Below, piece by piece: positions 36,701 to 47,164 of a stretch of 64,000 bases of DNA; the first letter of the stretch is position 1; the number at the start of each line of letters is the position of its first letter. The stretch is from Octopus sinensis. Lineage: Eukaryota. The notes beneath the pieces were generated by a model. The model was given only the letters and a program-made list of their open reading frames with translations, was not told the origin of the DNA and made no database searches. The position numbers were made by a program, and so were the translations under genes. The stretch is taken from assembly GCF_006345805.1 (NCBI RefSeq), contig NC_043020.1, positions 12,772,001 through 12,836,000 on the forward strand. Reading direction: 5' to 3'.

Positions 36701-36818
36701 TATGGATCCAAGCCAAGGTCAGTCCCACACGCTGATTGCCACAGATGAACACGACAAACGCCAGTGGCTGCAGTGTCTACGCCAGTCCATATCTAACCAG
36801 AGGCCCAACGGAAGCTGA
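9661..36818 (+). CDS. NET1: DH-PH RhoGEF of the NET1/ARHGEF3 family, 10 coding exons, 5' part not found
   Basis: Exons 9661-9723, 10552-10648, 15940-16016, 17119-17275, 19547-19605, 21429-21470, 22745-22846, 25431-25499, 35014-35200 and 36676-36818 total 996 nt and splice in one frame with matching phases to a TGA. Motifs AIFELYQGELDLIQDL, FLQRCMESPFSRKLDLW, KYPLL, LVTRPV, QVYRQPIP and QSHTL match vertebrate NET1/ARHGEF3 as recalled; probably co-orthologous to both. Confidence 0.93.
10151..10370. mobile_element. TTAA-flanked MITE with CCCTTTCGTTAC termini (third family)
   Basis: TTAA on both sides; inverted copy at 18991-19209. Confidence 0.85.
10552..10648 (+). CDS. NET1: RhoGEF exon: TYHDSMKKLHLLSNEELQKIFGFLDSLIPIHQ
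   Basis: ttccag acceptor, gtaagg donor, 97 nt, phase 0-1. Confidence 0.93.
11051..11238 (+). repeat. 13-bp minisatellite GTGTGTGAACATY, about 14 copies
   Basis: direct reading. Confidence 0.9.
12030..12250 (+). mobile_element. TTAA MITE inserted in the Tigger ORF
   Basis: Removing it plus one TTAA restores ATG AGA TTT AAG GAG CGA (MRFKER). Confidence 0.9.
12522..12908 (+). mobile_element. tRNA-SINE family C, copy with tail type 2, inside Tigger
   Basis: 11-bp TSD AATTGTGCAGG at 12511-12521 and 12909-12919. Confidence 0.9.
13202..13420 (-). mobile_element. SINE family B inside Tigger
   Basis: Flanked by duplicated tgttactgccatatacct; interrupts NVTAIYL-PSNT. Confidence 0.85.
14166..14390 (-). 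mobile_element. SINE family B at the Tigger 3' end
   Basis: 15-bp TSD CAGCCATCTACAACC at 14151-14165 and 14391-14405. Confidence 0.9.
14642..14977. repeat. Long inverted repeat (about 155-bp arms, 13-nt loop)
   Basis: 14642-14795 is the reverse complement of 14809-14977 with a few substitutions and a 17-nt duplication in the right arm. Confidence 0.92.
15022..15330 (-). mobile_element. RTE-type 3' tail with (CAT)n terminus
   Basis: ggatgcccttcctaacgccaacc core; further copies near 7985, 8607, 20060, 20985, 24110, 34525 and 60360. Confidence 0.8.
15940..16016 (+). CDS. NET1: RhoGEF exon: (A)LVDRLVVQRLPDGTTEGVGKQIKEW
   Basis: tttcag acceptor, gtaagg donor, 77 nt, phase 1-0; PDGT matches NET1 KPDGTVE. 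Confidence 0.92.
17119..17275 (+). CDS. NET1: RhoGEF exon: VPSLCQYIQVCANQVFAKALLDEKKYDAGVDDFLQRCMESPFSRKLDLWGLL
   Basis: attcag acceptor, gtcagt donor, 157 nt, phase 0-1; most conserved DH block. Confidence 0.95.
18883..19460 (+). mobile_element. hAT-like MITE (CAGTGGTTCTCAACC end) carrying a TTAA MITE
   Basis: Homologous copy at about 21535-22045. Confidence 0.7.
19547..19605 (+). CDS. NET1: RhoGEF exon: (D)GPRGRFLKYPLLIKSIQRY
   Basis: ttctag acceptor, gtaagt donor, 59 nt, phase 1-0; CR3 KYPLL motif. Confidence 0.93.
20475..20817 (+). mobile_element. tRNA-derived SINE family D
   Basis: Head gacgcatggcttagtggttagggc...gctcgaatcc; second, truncated copy at 23896-24110. Confidence 0.75.
21429..21470 (+). 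CDS. NET1: RhoGEF small exon: TNCGSEDYQCLKDS
   Basis: long poly-T tract with caag acceptor, gtaagc donor, 42 nt, phase 0-0; fills the expected gap between DH helices. Confidence 0.85.
22745..22846 (+). CDS. NET1: RhoGEF exon: VKLIEKLIAEADEKIGEAKCTLYKSKLSYVYDDQ, GC donor
   Basis: tatcag acceptor, CAG|gcaagt donor, 102 nt, phase 0-0; GEAKC matches NET1 GESEC. Confidence 0.9.
22990..23374 (+). mobile_element. Non-autonomous Helitron
   Basis: 5' TC(T)TTATATATAAAA, 3' GC-rich hairpin cccgagcaacgccggg, terminal CTAG followed by T, no TSD. Confidence 0.75.
24480..24720 (+). mobile_element. Penelope-like terminal-repeat fragment with hammerhead-like motif
   Basis: CTGATGA-stem-GAAAC-AGCT-GTA at 24628-24667. 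Confidence 0.5.
24923..25289 (+). mobile_element. Non-autonomous Helitron with different 5' half and the same 3' end
   Basis: 5' TCTATATATAAA; same terminal hairpin and CTAG|T. Confidence 0.75.
25431..25499 (+). CDS. NET1: RhoGEF exon: start of PH domain, KVDSVEDSKVFVCSGILKNNKGT
   Basis: ttgcag acceptor, gtaagt donor, 69 nt, phase 0-0. Confidence 0.9.
25577..26096 (+). repeat. G-rich composite minisatellite of two monomers (26 and 25 bp) sharing GCTAAGG, about 20 monomers
   Basis: X = GTGTGGGCCCCAGGCTGGAGCTAAGG, Y = TTCTGGCTCTGGGCTGGGGCTAAGG, in irregular order. Confidence 0.95.
26364..32513 (+). repeat. 128-bp tandem satellite (65+63 bp dimer), about 48 copies, inside an RTE 3' tail
   Basis: 6150 bp / 128; unit 75/128 GC with 8 CpG; continues into aagcacccactacact...(GAT)n at 32514-32680. 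Confidence 0.98.
33945..34390 (+). mobile_element. SINE family B with internally tandem 3' half
   Basis: About 175-bp body repeated; same architecture at 39665-40082 (+) and 59160-59730 (-). Central GCCTTTCATCCTTTCGGGGTCGATAAA resembles the MetaSINE/Sauria-type domain (recalled, not verified). Confidence 0.8.
35014..35200 (+). CDS. NET1: RhoGEF exon: PH domain, KLHVFLLDKVLLVTRPV...GSFRNAFGQGGQT
   Basis: ttgcag acceptor, gtgatt donor, 187 nt, phase 0-1. Confidence 0.94.
35915..36520. mobile_element. Palindromic (foldback) MITE with 8-bp TSD CAATATTG
   Basis: Ends GGATCTTTTCCTTTTGAAC on both sides; arms complementary to a centre near 36225; related to 46579-47001. Confidence 0.85.
36676..36818 (+). 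CDS. NET1: RhoGEF last coding exon: (A)KNVFRVSFMDPSQGQSHTLIATDEHDKRQWLQCLRQSISNQRPNGS*
   Basis: pyrimidine-rich ttttag acceptor, phase 1, TGA at 36816-36818. Confidence 0.93.
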
Positions 36819-37429
36819 ACGCTCTCTGCAACCATCCAAAATAAGACTCATCCCATCTCTTCACCCACAACAAAAAAAAAAAAAAATGAGAACATTTAAC
36901 AACAAAAACTATCAAAAACTTTAAAACAAACAAACAAACAAAAAAAAATAATGGATTGAGGGATTGCTTGTAGAATCCTCCAGTTTCTCAAAAAAATTTG
37001 TTCTGCTTCTTTGTTCTGAGTTCAAATCCTGCTGAGGTCAACTTTGCCCTTTTATCCTTCTGGGGTCAGTAAAATAAGTACCAGTTAAGTCCTGCAGTCA
37101 ATACAATTGACTAACTCCATCCCTCTCCAAAAACTGTTGGCCTTGTCCCTAAATTAGAAATTATTTATGTTGTTATTATTATTATTATTATTATTATTAA
37201 GGTGGTGGGCGGGCAGGATCGTAAACATACAGGGCAATATGCTTAGCGGCATTTCATCCGTCTTTACATTTTGAGTTCAAATTCTGCCAAGGTTGACTTT
37301 GCCTTTCATCCTTTCAGGGTCGATAAAACAAGTACCAGTTGAATACTGGGGTTCGATGTGAATCAACTTATCCACTCCATAAAAAAAAAAAACAAAAAAA
37401 CTATTGGCTTTGTACCTTTTGTAGAAAGG

Positions 37430-37461
<32 letters not shown>

Positions 37462-38386
37462 GATGGTGAGCTGGCAGAATCGTTAGCACATTGGATAGAA
37501 TGGTTAGCAGCATTTTGTCTGTTGCTACATACTGAGTTCAAATTCTGCTGAGGTCGACTTGACCTTTTATCCTCTTAGTGTCGGTTACGTAAGTACCAGT
37601 TATGCACTGAGGCCAATGTTATCGACCTAATCCCTTCCCCTAAAATTTCAGGCCTTGTGCCCACAGTAGAAAGGATTATTATTGTTATCGTTAAGACAGC
37701 AGGTTGCCAGAAACAGAATGGTTTTTGGAGTGCCGTGCCAGTATTTATTGAGTTACAGTCCTCTACTTCCTGACTTGAAAATCAGCTGGTGGGGCCTGCA
37801 TTATTTCTTTTGTTTTTATATCTGGTTTTGATTAAATAAGTACCCAGCTTGGGTACTATATCCCAATCAATTTTATAGCATTGTACCCATACATGAAATT
37901 TTCTACGTTTAGGGTGGTGGGTTGGCTGAATCGTTAAAGCATCAGAAAAATTGCCTCGTTTTACTGAGTTATTTGTTCTAAGTTCAAATCCTGCCGCAGT
38001 CAACTTTGCCTTTCATCCTTTCGGTGAGGGTTGATGAAAATAAAATACCATTCAAATAGACGGGCCCCCATTTCATCAACTTTAACAACGGTTTCCAGGA
38101 GTTGAAAGGGTCCTCGGTATCCATTGGAAACAGTTGTTGCTTGAAAGCAGTTGCTCTGGTAATCTTTCGAATGTCGGAAAAATACCTTGTGGTATTTATT
38201 TTATTTTATTTGGGGGGCAGGGCTTTACTTTCTCAGTTCAAATCCTGCTGATGTCAACTTTGCCGTTTTATCTTTCCACAGTCAAAGCACCGGTCGTGTA
38301 CTGGGGTCAGTTTAGTTGTGTAACATACAAACACACACTCACTTCTTCCTTCTAACTTCTAGCTTTGTGCCCTCTCCGTGTCAAAA

Positions 38387-38422
<36 letters not shown>

Positions 38423-41400
38423 AATATTACTTTATTCATTAAGGGGGGCAAGCTGGCAGAGTCATCAGTACACTGGTCGTCCGTATTTACCTTTCTGAGT
38501 TCAAATTCTGGCAGGGTTGTCTTTACCTTTTTTCCCCTTTTCAGAACCAATAAAATAAGTATCAGTTAAGTCCTAGGGTCAACGTAATCAACTTACCCCC
38601 AACTCCCTGAAATTTCTGACCTTGCGCTGAAATTTAAAACACCAATGTTACTTTACTCATCAAGTCCCCCACTGAAATTCTTCTTTTATCTACCTCCCCC
38701 CCCAATTTTTTTTTTTAACCCCACTCTACCGGCCATTCCTTCAATCCATCCGATTTTGATGTAAAATTGCAGTTATTACGCACAACATATCTGCCGATGT
38801 CCACTACTCCCCCGCTTCCTCTCCCCACTTAAAATCCTTCCCTGCCTCTTCCAATTTGAGATTATTGCTGCTATTGTTGTTGTTTGTTGTTTAAACCATC
38901 ATCTCTCTTTCTCTCTCTGATTCTGCTTCTGTTTGCTTGACAGATTTTTCTTTCTGGTTTTGATTAAATAAGTACCCAGCTTGGGTACTATATCCCAATC
39001 AATTTTATAGCATTGTAACCCATATATGAAATTTTCTACGTTTAGGGTGGTGGGTTGGCTGAATCGTTAAAGCATCAGAAAAATTGCCTTGTTTTACTGA
39101 GTTATTTGTTCTAAGTTCAAATCCTGCCCAGTCAACTTTTAGACACCTCCATTTGCCACCACCACCACCACCACCTCTTTCATCTCAGAAATAGTTTTTA
39201 ATTTCTCATGGGTGGACAAGCATGCAAGCCCGATCTGTTGTTGAATTTATTCAAGTATATATATTCAGACATCTGGGTGGATAACTGTACTAGTGTGTGT
39301 GTGTGTTTTGAGTCTTCAATGTTACGCACAAGTCTTCAGGCTTCTCAGCCTGCATTGAAATTCGGGACACTTTTTGACATGTATGTATATACTTTTACAT
39401 TGGATGTATATATGTGTGTGTATGTTGGACGTGTGTGTTTGGGCAAGTGTCTACTTGCACATTGAGTGTACATATTTAGACATGCACATCTGTAGTTGTG
39501 CATTGTGTGTAGGCATGCATTTGCTTTTGTATCTCCTATCAACAACTCACTAAAGCCCTTTCATTTTTATTTTTTTTTTTTACCCTTTTTCTTGCATTCA
39601 ATGTAATTAAATTGGAGTTGTTTTAAATTTTCCTCATATCAAACTTTCTGTGTACCCTATGGTACGGCGAGCTGGCAGAATCGTTAGCAAGCCAGGCGAA
39701 ATGCTTAGCGGTATTTCGTCTGCCGCTGCGTTCTGAGTTCAAATTCCGCCGATGTCAACTTTGCCTTTCATCCTTTCGGGGTCGATTAAATAAGTACCAG
39801 TTATGCACTGGGGTCGATATAATCGACTTAATCCGCTTGTCTGTCCTTGTTTGTCCCCTCTCTGTTTAGCCCCCTGTGGGTAGTAAAGAAATAGGTATTT
39901 CGTCTGCCGTTACGTTCTGAGTTAAAATTCCGCCGAGGTCGACTTTGCCTTTCATCCTTTCGGGGGTCGATTAAATAAGTACCAGTTACGCACTGGGGTT
40001 GATCTAATCGACTTAATCCCTTTGTCTGTCCTTGTTTGTTCCCTCTGTGTTTAGCCCCTTGTGGGTAGTAAAGAAACAGGTATTCATTTTCATATCAAAA
40101 AGCCATTTCTTGGATAAAGGTAGCCCTGTCTTTTTTCTCTACTAAATTTTAGTTTTGGCCAGGTTCACCTTAACTCTTTAGCATTTAACATCTCCTTTGT
40201 CCTACTACCAATTGATGATAAGGATGCTGGTTCTGTTACACTCCTAGCTTCATCAAGAACGACACTTCTCCATTGGTGTGCGGGTGACTAACATATATCT
40301 TATGTCAGTAGAGGTTTTACCAGCTTCTTACCAGTTATCCTTGAATAATCTGACAGTTTCTGTACTTTCATATCCTTCATGACAACTTCAGCCATATACC
40401 CGTCACTTAGCGGTACGGCAAAAGAGACCGATAGAATAAGTACTGGGCTTACAAAAGAATAAGTCCCGGGGTCGATTTGCTCGACTAAAGGCGGTGCTCC
40501 AGCATGGCCACAGTCAAATGACTGAAACAAGTAAAAGAGTAAAGAGTAATATCTATTTCAATAACTGGTCCCTGCCATTGGGTCAACTTGGAGTAATAGT
40601 TTCTCATCTCTCTCTTTCCCTCAATTATTTTCCACATCCACTTACCTCTTCTAACAAAAATTACCATTCGTCTTTTATTGTATTTCTATTGCTTATTCCA
40701 ATGCATCGTTCACATCTTGTTGGTATACTCCACCCATCCCTACCACCCTCTCTAACTAAACTCCCTCTTTTCTTTTATTTTGCTTTTTAAACCCACAAAT
40801 TTTTTTTTTCCTCTGTATATAGGCGTAGGAGTGGCTGTGTGGTAAGTAGCTTGCTTACAAACCACATGGTTCCGGGTTCAGTCTCACTGCATGGCACCTT
40901 GGGCAAGTGACTTCTACTATTGTCACGGGCCGACCAAAGCCTTGTGAATGGATTTGGTAGATGGAAACTGAAAGAAGCCTGTCGTATATATGTATGTGTG
41001 TATGTTTGTGTGTCTGTGTTTGTTCCTCCACCCCCAGCATCGCTTGACAACCAATGCTGGTGTGTTTACGTCCCCATAACTTAGCGGTTTGGCTAGGCTT
41101 ACAAAGAATAAATCCTGGGGTCGATTTGCTCGACTAAAGGCGGTGCTGCAGCATGGCCACAGTCAAATGACTGAAGCAAGTCAAAGAGAGTAAAGAGTAA
41201 TATAATCTTGTATATTTGATATCCTTAGCTTTATTTCACTTCGATATCATCCACACACCATATCAGGTTTCTTTCTGTCTTTCTATATTCCTTTCCATCA
41301 TTATTATTATTATTATTATTGTGGTAGTGGGCCAGCAGAATCATTAGCATTTTGTCCATCCTTAGGTTCTGATTTCGAATTCCACCAAGGTCAGCTTTGC

Positions 41401-41715
41401 CTTTCATCCTTTCAGGGTTGATAAAATAAATACCAGGGAAACACTGGGGGTCGATGTAATCGGCTTATCCACCCCACCCATACCCCCAAATTTCAGGCTC
41501 TGTGCCTTTAGTAGAAAGTATTATAATTATTAAGGCGGGGGGCTGACAGAATTGTTGGCGCATCGGGCAAAATGCTCAGCGGTATTTCACCTGTCGCTAC
41601 GTTCTGAGTTCAAATTCCACCATGGTTGACTTTACCTTTTATCCTTTCGGGGGTCAATGTAATCAATTAGCCCTCTCACCCCAAAATTTCTGGCTTTGTG
41701 CCTATAGTAGAAAGG

Positions 41716-41750
<35 letters not shown>

Positions 41751-41983
41751 GGTTGGTGGGCTGGCAGAACTGTTAGCATGCTGGGCAAAATGCTTAGTGG
41801 CATTTCATCCGTCTACGTTCTGGGTTCAAATGCTGCTGAGGGCGACTTTACTTTCCATCGTTTGGGGGTCGATAAAACAAGTACCAGTTGGATACTGGGG
41901 TCAATCTAATCGACTTATCCCCTCTCCCCCCAAATTTCCTGGCCTTGTGCCAAAATTTGAAATTACCATTATTATTATTATTA

Positions 41984-42124
41984 TTAGGTTGTCCCAAAAG
42001 TTCGTAAACACTTGCGAAAATTGAATTTTTACTCGCCAAGTACTAACAAAAACAACAAAAATTATCCCTCAAAATAAAGACCATTATTTTCCAAGACTTT
42101 CTACGAACTTTTGGGACAACCTTA
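41984..42124. mobile_element. 141-bp mariner-type MITE
   Basis: TIR TTAGGTTGTCCCAAAAGTTCGTA / TACGAACTTTTGGGACAACCTTA, flanked by TA. Confidence 0.88.
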
Positions 42125-42719
42125 TAGTTGCAGTGTATGAGTGTGTGTGTGTGCATTTTTTTTCCCTCTCTGTTCATTGGGCTCTCCTCAAATTTTCTAA
42201 CTGCTACTGTGAATAACTCAAAACCCCCCCAATCCTTTATTTTCTCTCTCTCTCTCTCAAAGTTCCTGACCCCTATTCCCTGCCCCCATCTCACACCACC
42301 ACCACCACTTCCAGTGACATCTCAGATGCAAACTATAATTTCAATTTAACTCAGCCGTTTCCATAGAACCGGCATTCTCTTAATATTAGTTGGTTGTTGA
42401 GGTTTTAACAGATCTTTTTACACAAAGACAAAGATGGTTTCATATATACTGTATTATAATATTTATGACGCACATAAGATTCACCCCTTTTTACAGGGGT
42501 CTATCACAGCTGTCTATAATTAAATGTTCGTTTATGGTTCGTTATTATAATTGAAATGATTCTTGCAAAATATTTGGATAATTTCTGGTTTTTTTCCCCA
42601 TTTACTTTTGTCTTCTTTGTAATTATTTATATTTTTCTCTACTAATTTTTCTAAATTTTTTAAATCTCCAAAAATAATTTTTTCTAAACCAAAATAATAA
42701 TTAAAAAAAAAAAATTCCC

Positions 42720-42749
42720 AACCTCTGTCTGTCTATCTGTCTTTCCGTT

Positions 42750-42782
<33 letters not shown>

Positions 42783-43176
42783 GTCTGTCTATCTATTTGT
42801 CTATCTATCTATCTGTCTATCTATATGTCTATCTATCTATCTGTCTGTCTAATCTATCTGTTTGTCTATCTACCTATCTCTTTCTGTATCTACTTACCTA
42901 TCTCTCTACCTATCTATCTCTTCCTGTCTCTTTCTCTCTCTCTATCTATCTATCTATCTCTACCTATCTATCTATCTATCTATCTCTACCTATCTATCTA
43001 TCTCTACCTATCTACCTACCTATCTATCTATCCATCCGTCTATCTATCTATCTATCTATCTCTACCTATCTCTACCTATCTATCTATCTAGCTCTATGTA
43101 TCTATCTCTACCTATCTATCTATCTATCTGTCTATCTATCTATCTATCTCTACCTATCTATCTATCTATCCATCCG

Positions 43177-43208
<32 letters not shown>

Positions 43209-43235
43209 GCTCTATCTATCTATGTATCACCTACC
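42720..43235. repeat. (TATC)n-type compound microsatellite
   Basis: direct reading. Confidence 0.95.
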
Positions 43236-43611
43236 TATCATCTACAAATATTCACACACATGCTCTCTCTCTTTCTTTCTCCCACCCCTCCTCTCTCACT
43301 CTATATATATGTGTGTGTGTGTGTGTGTAGATATATGCCAGAGGATGGATATATATATATATATACATATGTGTTTTTGGTTGTTCTTTAAGTTTTCAGG
43401 GAATGAAAGAATGAAACGTGCTCAAGAATGATTCCATAAAGTCCCTCTTTACTTGGTTCCAAGTAATTTTAAGCGCATCAAAAGCTCCCTTGGTGGTCTT
43501 AGCCATTTGTTCAACTGCCAACATGTCCTAAGTTTTTTGGTTTTTATAAATTTGTATGAATGTAAAAAAAACAACCTATACTATAATAAAATGATTTTAT
43601 ATAAATAGTTA

Positions 43612-43646
<35 letters not shown>

Positions 43647-44572
43647 GTTGTTGTTGTTGTTGTTATTATTGTTATTCTGGTCTATATGTTCTGAGTTCAA
43701 ATCCTGTTGAGATCAACTTTGCTTTTCATTTCTTCAGGGTCAATAAAATAAAGTACCAGTCATGTACTGGGCTTGGTAGGATTGACTTGTCTCCTCTCTT
43801 TGAAAATGCTGTCACCCTGCAATGGACTGATGTAATTGTTTAGGGATCACTTATGTGCCATGGAAACCTGAGGCTCAAGAAAAATAAAAAAATGAAAATA
43901 ATGTATAGATTAGATGTGGCTAGGTGGTAAGAAGCTTGCTTCCCAACCACATGGTTCCAGGTTCAGTCCCACTGCATGGCATCTTGGGCAAGTGTCTTCT
44001 AACATAGCCTCAGCCCGACCAAGGCCTTGCGAGTGGATTCGTAGATAGAAACTGAAAGAAGCCCGTCATGTGTGTGTATGTATATATGATAAAGAAGACA
44101 ATGGATATATATAGAGATCGCCAGATAACCGAAGAGATGGTGTTGTGGATTTCCACCTCGGCATCTGAAATCTTGGCTACCGAATAATTGTCACATATTA
44201 TTTTACAGATAAATTTCCTCTATTTACATAATATTGAGGTCTCTTTCTTTCTTTTGTTATCTTACCGTTTTTACCAATATATATATATATATATATATAT
44301 ATAATAATTATTTGAGGGAATATTAATCCTAACTTACAGGGAAAAAATTCAATTTAGAAATACTAAATCAAATTTCACACAATGTAATATAATATATATA
44401 TATATATATATAAAATTTGAAAGAACCACCTTTTATCAATTCAAAATGAACAATTAAATTACACCATCTATAAAATTACATATAATAGAAAAATTAAAAC
44501 AACAATAAAATGCCAATGATTAAGTAAATTGCAAAATAAATAATAAAAACATATACAATTGGTGTTTGTATG

Positions 44573-44616
<44 letters not shown>

Positions 44617-45272
44617 TATGGGGTGATAGGTAAATTGTTGCCATTGTATATTTTTAATTTCGCGCATGTGCATTATTATTTTTGATTTTGTCTAGTAGGG
44701 TCAGTTGGGCACCGTCTGTGAGAAAAACGGCACAATGACGCAATTCACTCTGCCAGAAATTTGGAAACGACATTCTGTGCTGCTTGGCATTCACACCAGA
44801 AGCTCCAATATGAACATTTCAAAGAGTTTGGGTGTCAATCTGAGGACGGTGGAGAGGATTAAAGGAGTTGGAGGAGTCTAGTGGTGATTACGATGGTAGA
44901 GCAGCTCAGAAAACTCACTCTCATCGTTCTGATAAGGAAATAACTCCTGAATTTGTTGGTAAGATCCAGGCCATGATTGACAACGATCCCTCCTAAGAGA
45001 ATCTGGTCCATTGATGAGAAAAACGAAGCTATGAAGCTTTTGAACAAACTCAAGTATCCCTTCCAACCGAACATGCTTTGGTTTTTCTCAGATGAGAAAA
45101 ATTACCAGGATCAGATGATGAAGACACAGAACAACCTTTGTTTTGCTGTGTCCCCAAAGCCTGTACCCAGAGTGATAAAAACCAAATGCCCTGTCAACAT
45201 TATGGTGTTTGGAGTGATCACTAATGATGGTGACGTTGTGCCTCCATTCATCTTCCCACACGGCCTCAGACT
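44617..45272 (+). mobile_element. Truncated IS630-Tc1-mariner (maT/DD37D-like) transposase
   Basis: MTQFTLPEIWKRH...LGVNLRTVERI HTH segment, then LWFFSDEKN (first catalytic D) and IMVFGVIT...PPFIF; left end recurs at about 50705-50790. Confidence 0.75.
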
Positions 45273-45289
45273 TGGACTTTCCGTTTCTG

Positions 45290-45612
45290 CTTTAATTCCT
45301 GCTACGTTGGATTTGGTTACTTTGGCTTCCGACCAACCTCCACTCAGTTCGATTGACATCTCATCGCCTGAATTTTTGCATTGTCAGTCCGAATACTTAC
45401 CTCTATCAACTGCGGATGATAATATTCTTTGCGATGCATCCACCGGATCACCGCGAACGTTCGTTCCTCTAAGTCATCGCCGGATCGTTTTCGACGTTTT
45501 GCATTCCTTATCACATCCAAGTATTTCTGCCTATGTCAAGCTCATCACAGCTCGGTTTTTCTGGCCAGACATGCACCGACACCTCATCACCTGGGCTCGT
45601 TCTTGTACTCAG
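45290..45612 (+). pseudogene. Ty3/Gypsy integrase N-terminal zinc-binding (H2C2) fragment
   Basis: LCDASTGSPRTFVP...RRIVFDVLHSLSHP...ARFFWPDM...WARSC. Confidence 0.75.
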
Positions 45613-46392
45613 TTCTCCATGTATGCCATTATTATTACCTATCGCTTCTGTGCTTCAGTTTTTCTCGTCTTTTCGATCTGGTGTGAATGTTTGTAGCACA
45701 GATGGTTTAGTGATAGTTGTTGATCGCATCAATCCGTAAACAACGCGGTTGGGTAACCTCCCTTGGCAGCTAAGTGTTTGTTTATAGGTCATCCCCGACG
45801 ATAATAAGTACTGGCTAAGGCGGCAAGCTGGCAGAAACGTTAGCACCTCGGGCGAAATGCGTAGCCGTATTTCGTCTGTCGTTACGATCCGAGTTCAAAT
45901 TCCGCCGAGGTCGACTTTGCCTTTCATCCTTTCGGGGTCGATAAATTAATTACCAATTTCGCACTGGGGTCGATGTAATCGACTTAATCCGCTTGTGTGT
46001 CTTTGTTTGTTCCCTCTATGTTCAGCCCCTTGATATAAGTACTGGAGTAGATTCCTTCGACTATACCCTTCACAGACATATTTACACAGTCCAATGTCTT
46101 AAACAAGGGAGAAGACTCATTCTAGCTGCTATAAGAGTTATTTCCCTTGCTATCCGTTTACATTTTTGCAAATTATGCCGTGATAAGCTTTGGTTTCCAC
46201 TTATCATACACTAATCCTTCCTCCCGAACATCTGGCCTCTTTCAGAGATAATATTTGAAAATGCTAGCGTGTAATTTATGAGTAATTTGGTTGCTATATC
46301 TAGCTGCCGAGATGTAGATTTTAAAAGCCGACCACGTCTTTGACGTCCACTCCAAAACGGACAGCTTATTATATCAGCCGACGTTCAGTATA

Positions 46393-46570
46393 CAGTAATG
46401 CCTCGTTACACGAGTTAACGAGTTTTCGCTTTACGAGCGGTCACCGGGAACAAATTAAGCAGAGCATTAATTCCCATAGCAGCAATGTTAAAAATCGTAA
46501 TTCGCTCTCAGAAAAATATCTTACCTATAAAATTTATAACATTCGTAAATAAATGATAATAAAACAACAG
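46393..46570 (+). mobile_element. Left end of a second Tigger/Tc2-like element
   Basis: TA|CAGTAATGCCTCGTTACACGAG terminus, interrupted by the MITE at 46579. Confidence 0.55.
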
Positions 46571-46578
46571 TAGAACGT

Positions 46579-47001
46579 GGATCTTTTCGGTTTGAACGGC
46601 AGTTTTTTCTAGCGGTGTCATATGAAATTGTCACCCATAATTATCTATTGCATTTCAATTGATCTATTGCATTTCAATCTGTTTTAGGGTTAGGGTTGGT
46701 TAGGAGTGGGGGAAGAGTATCTTTTTTTCTTCACAAATGTAAATAAACCCAATCTGTTTCTTAAACGAGGGACATATTCATACGGCACAGAATGTTTTTT
46801 ACCTTAGTAGACGTCAGTGATTGGTTGAAATTGCAGAAATTGAAGAAAAAAACAACAAATATCTTACAAACTATAGAATTTATTCAATAAAGCCAAGAGA
46901 AGAAGATGTTTTATAAACACATTCTACCAGTATACGAAGTTTAAAATTTTTTAGTTACCTAGAAATTATGTTAAAAACTGCCGTTCAAACCAAAAAGATC
47001 C
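46579..47001. mobile_element. MITE with GGATCTTTT..TTTGAACGGCAGTTT TIRs and 8-bp TSD TAGAACGT
   Basis: TSD at 46571-46578 and 47002-47009; superfamily not assigned. Confidence 0.88.
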
Positions 47002-47164
47002 TAGAACGTAAATAATATTTTGTGTAAAGTAAAAAGAATGTCGAGATTATTTTTAATAAAAAAAGATATAATCATTTCCTGAATCACTTTCACTCACACT
47101 AGAATCGCGCACAGCATCGCTTGTAGATGCAGTTACCGATTCACAAGCCTTCGTAGATGGACTT

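Noticed and set aside
40200-40400. Minus-strand MAEVVMKDMKVQKLSDYSRITGKK segment
   Set aside because: Fused to a truncated SINE, no acceptor, stops downstream; unassigned relic.
42749-43330. Long YLSI-, YI- and HT-rich ORFs here and at 51597-52244, 54946-55933, 57170-57541, 61444-61891 and 62530-63085
   Set aside because: Translations of (TATC)n, (TA)n, (CA)n and (TATG)n microsatellites.
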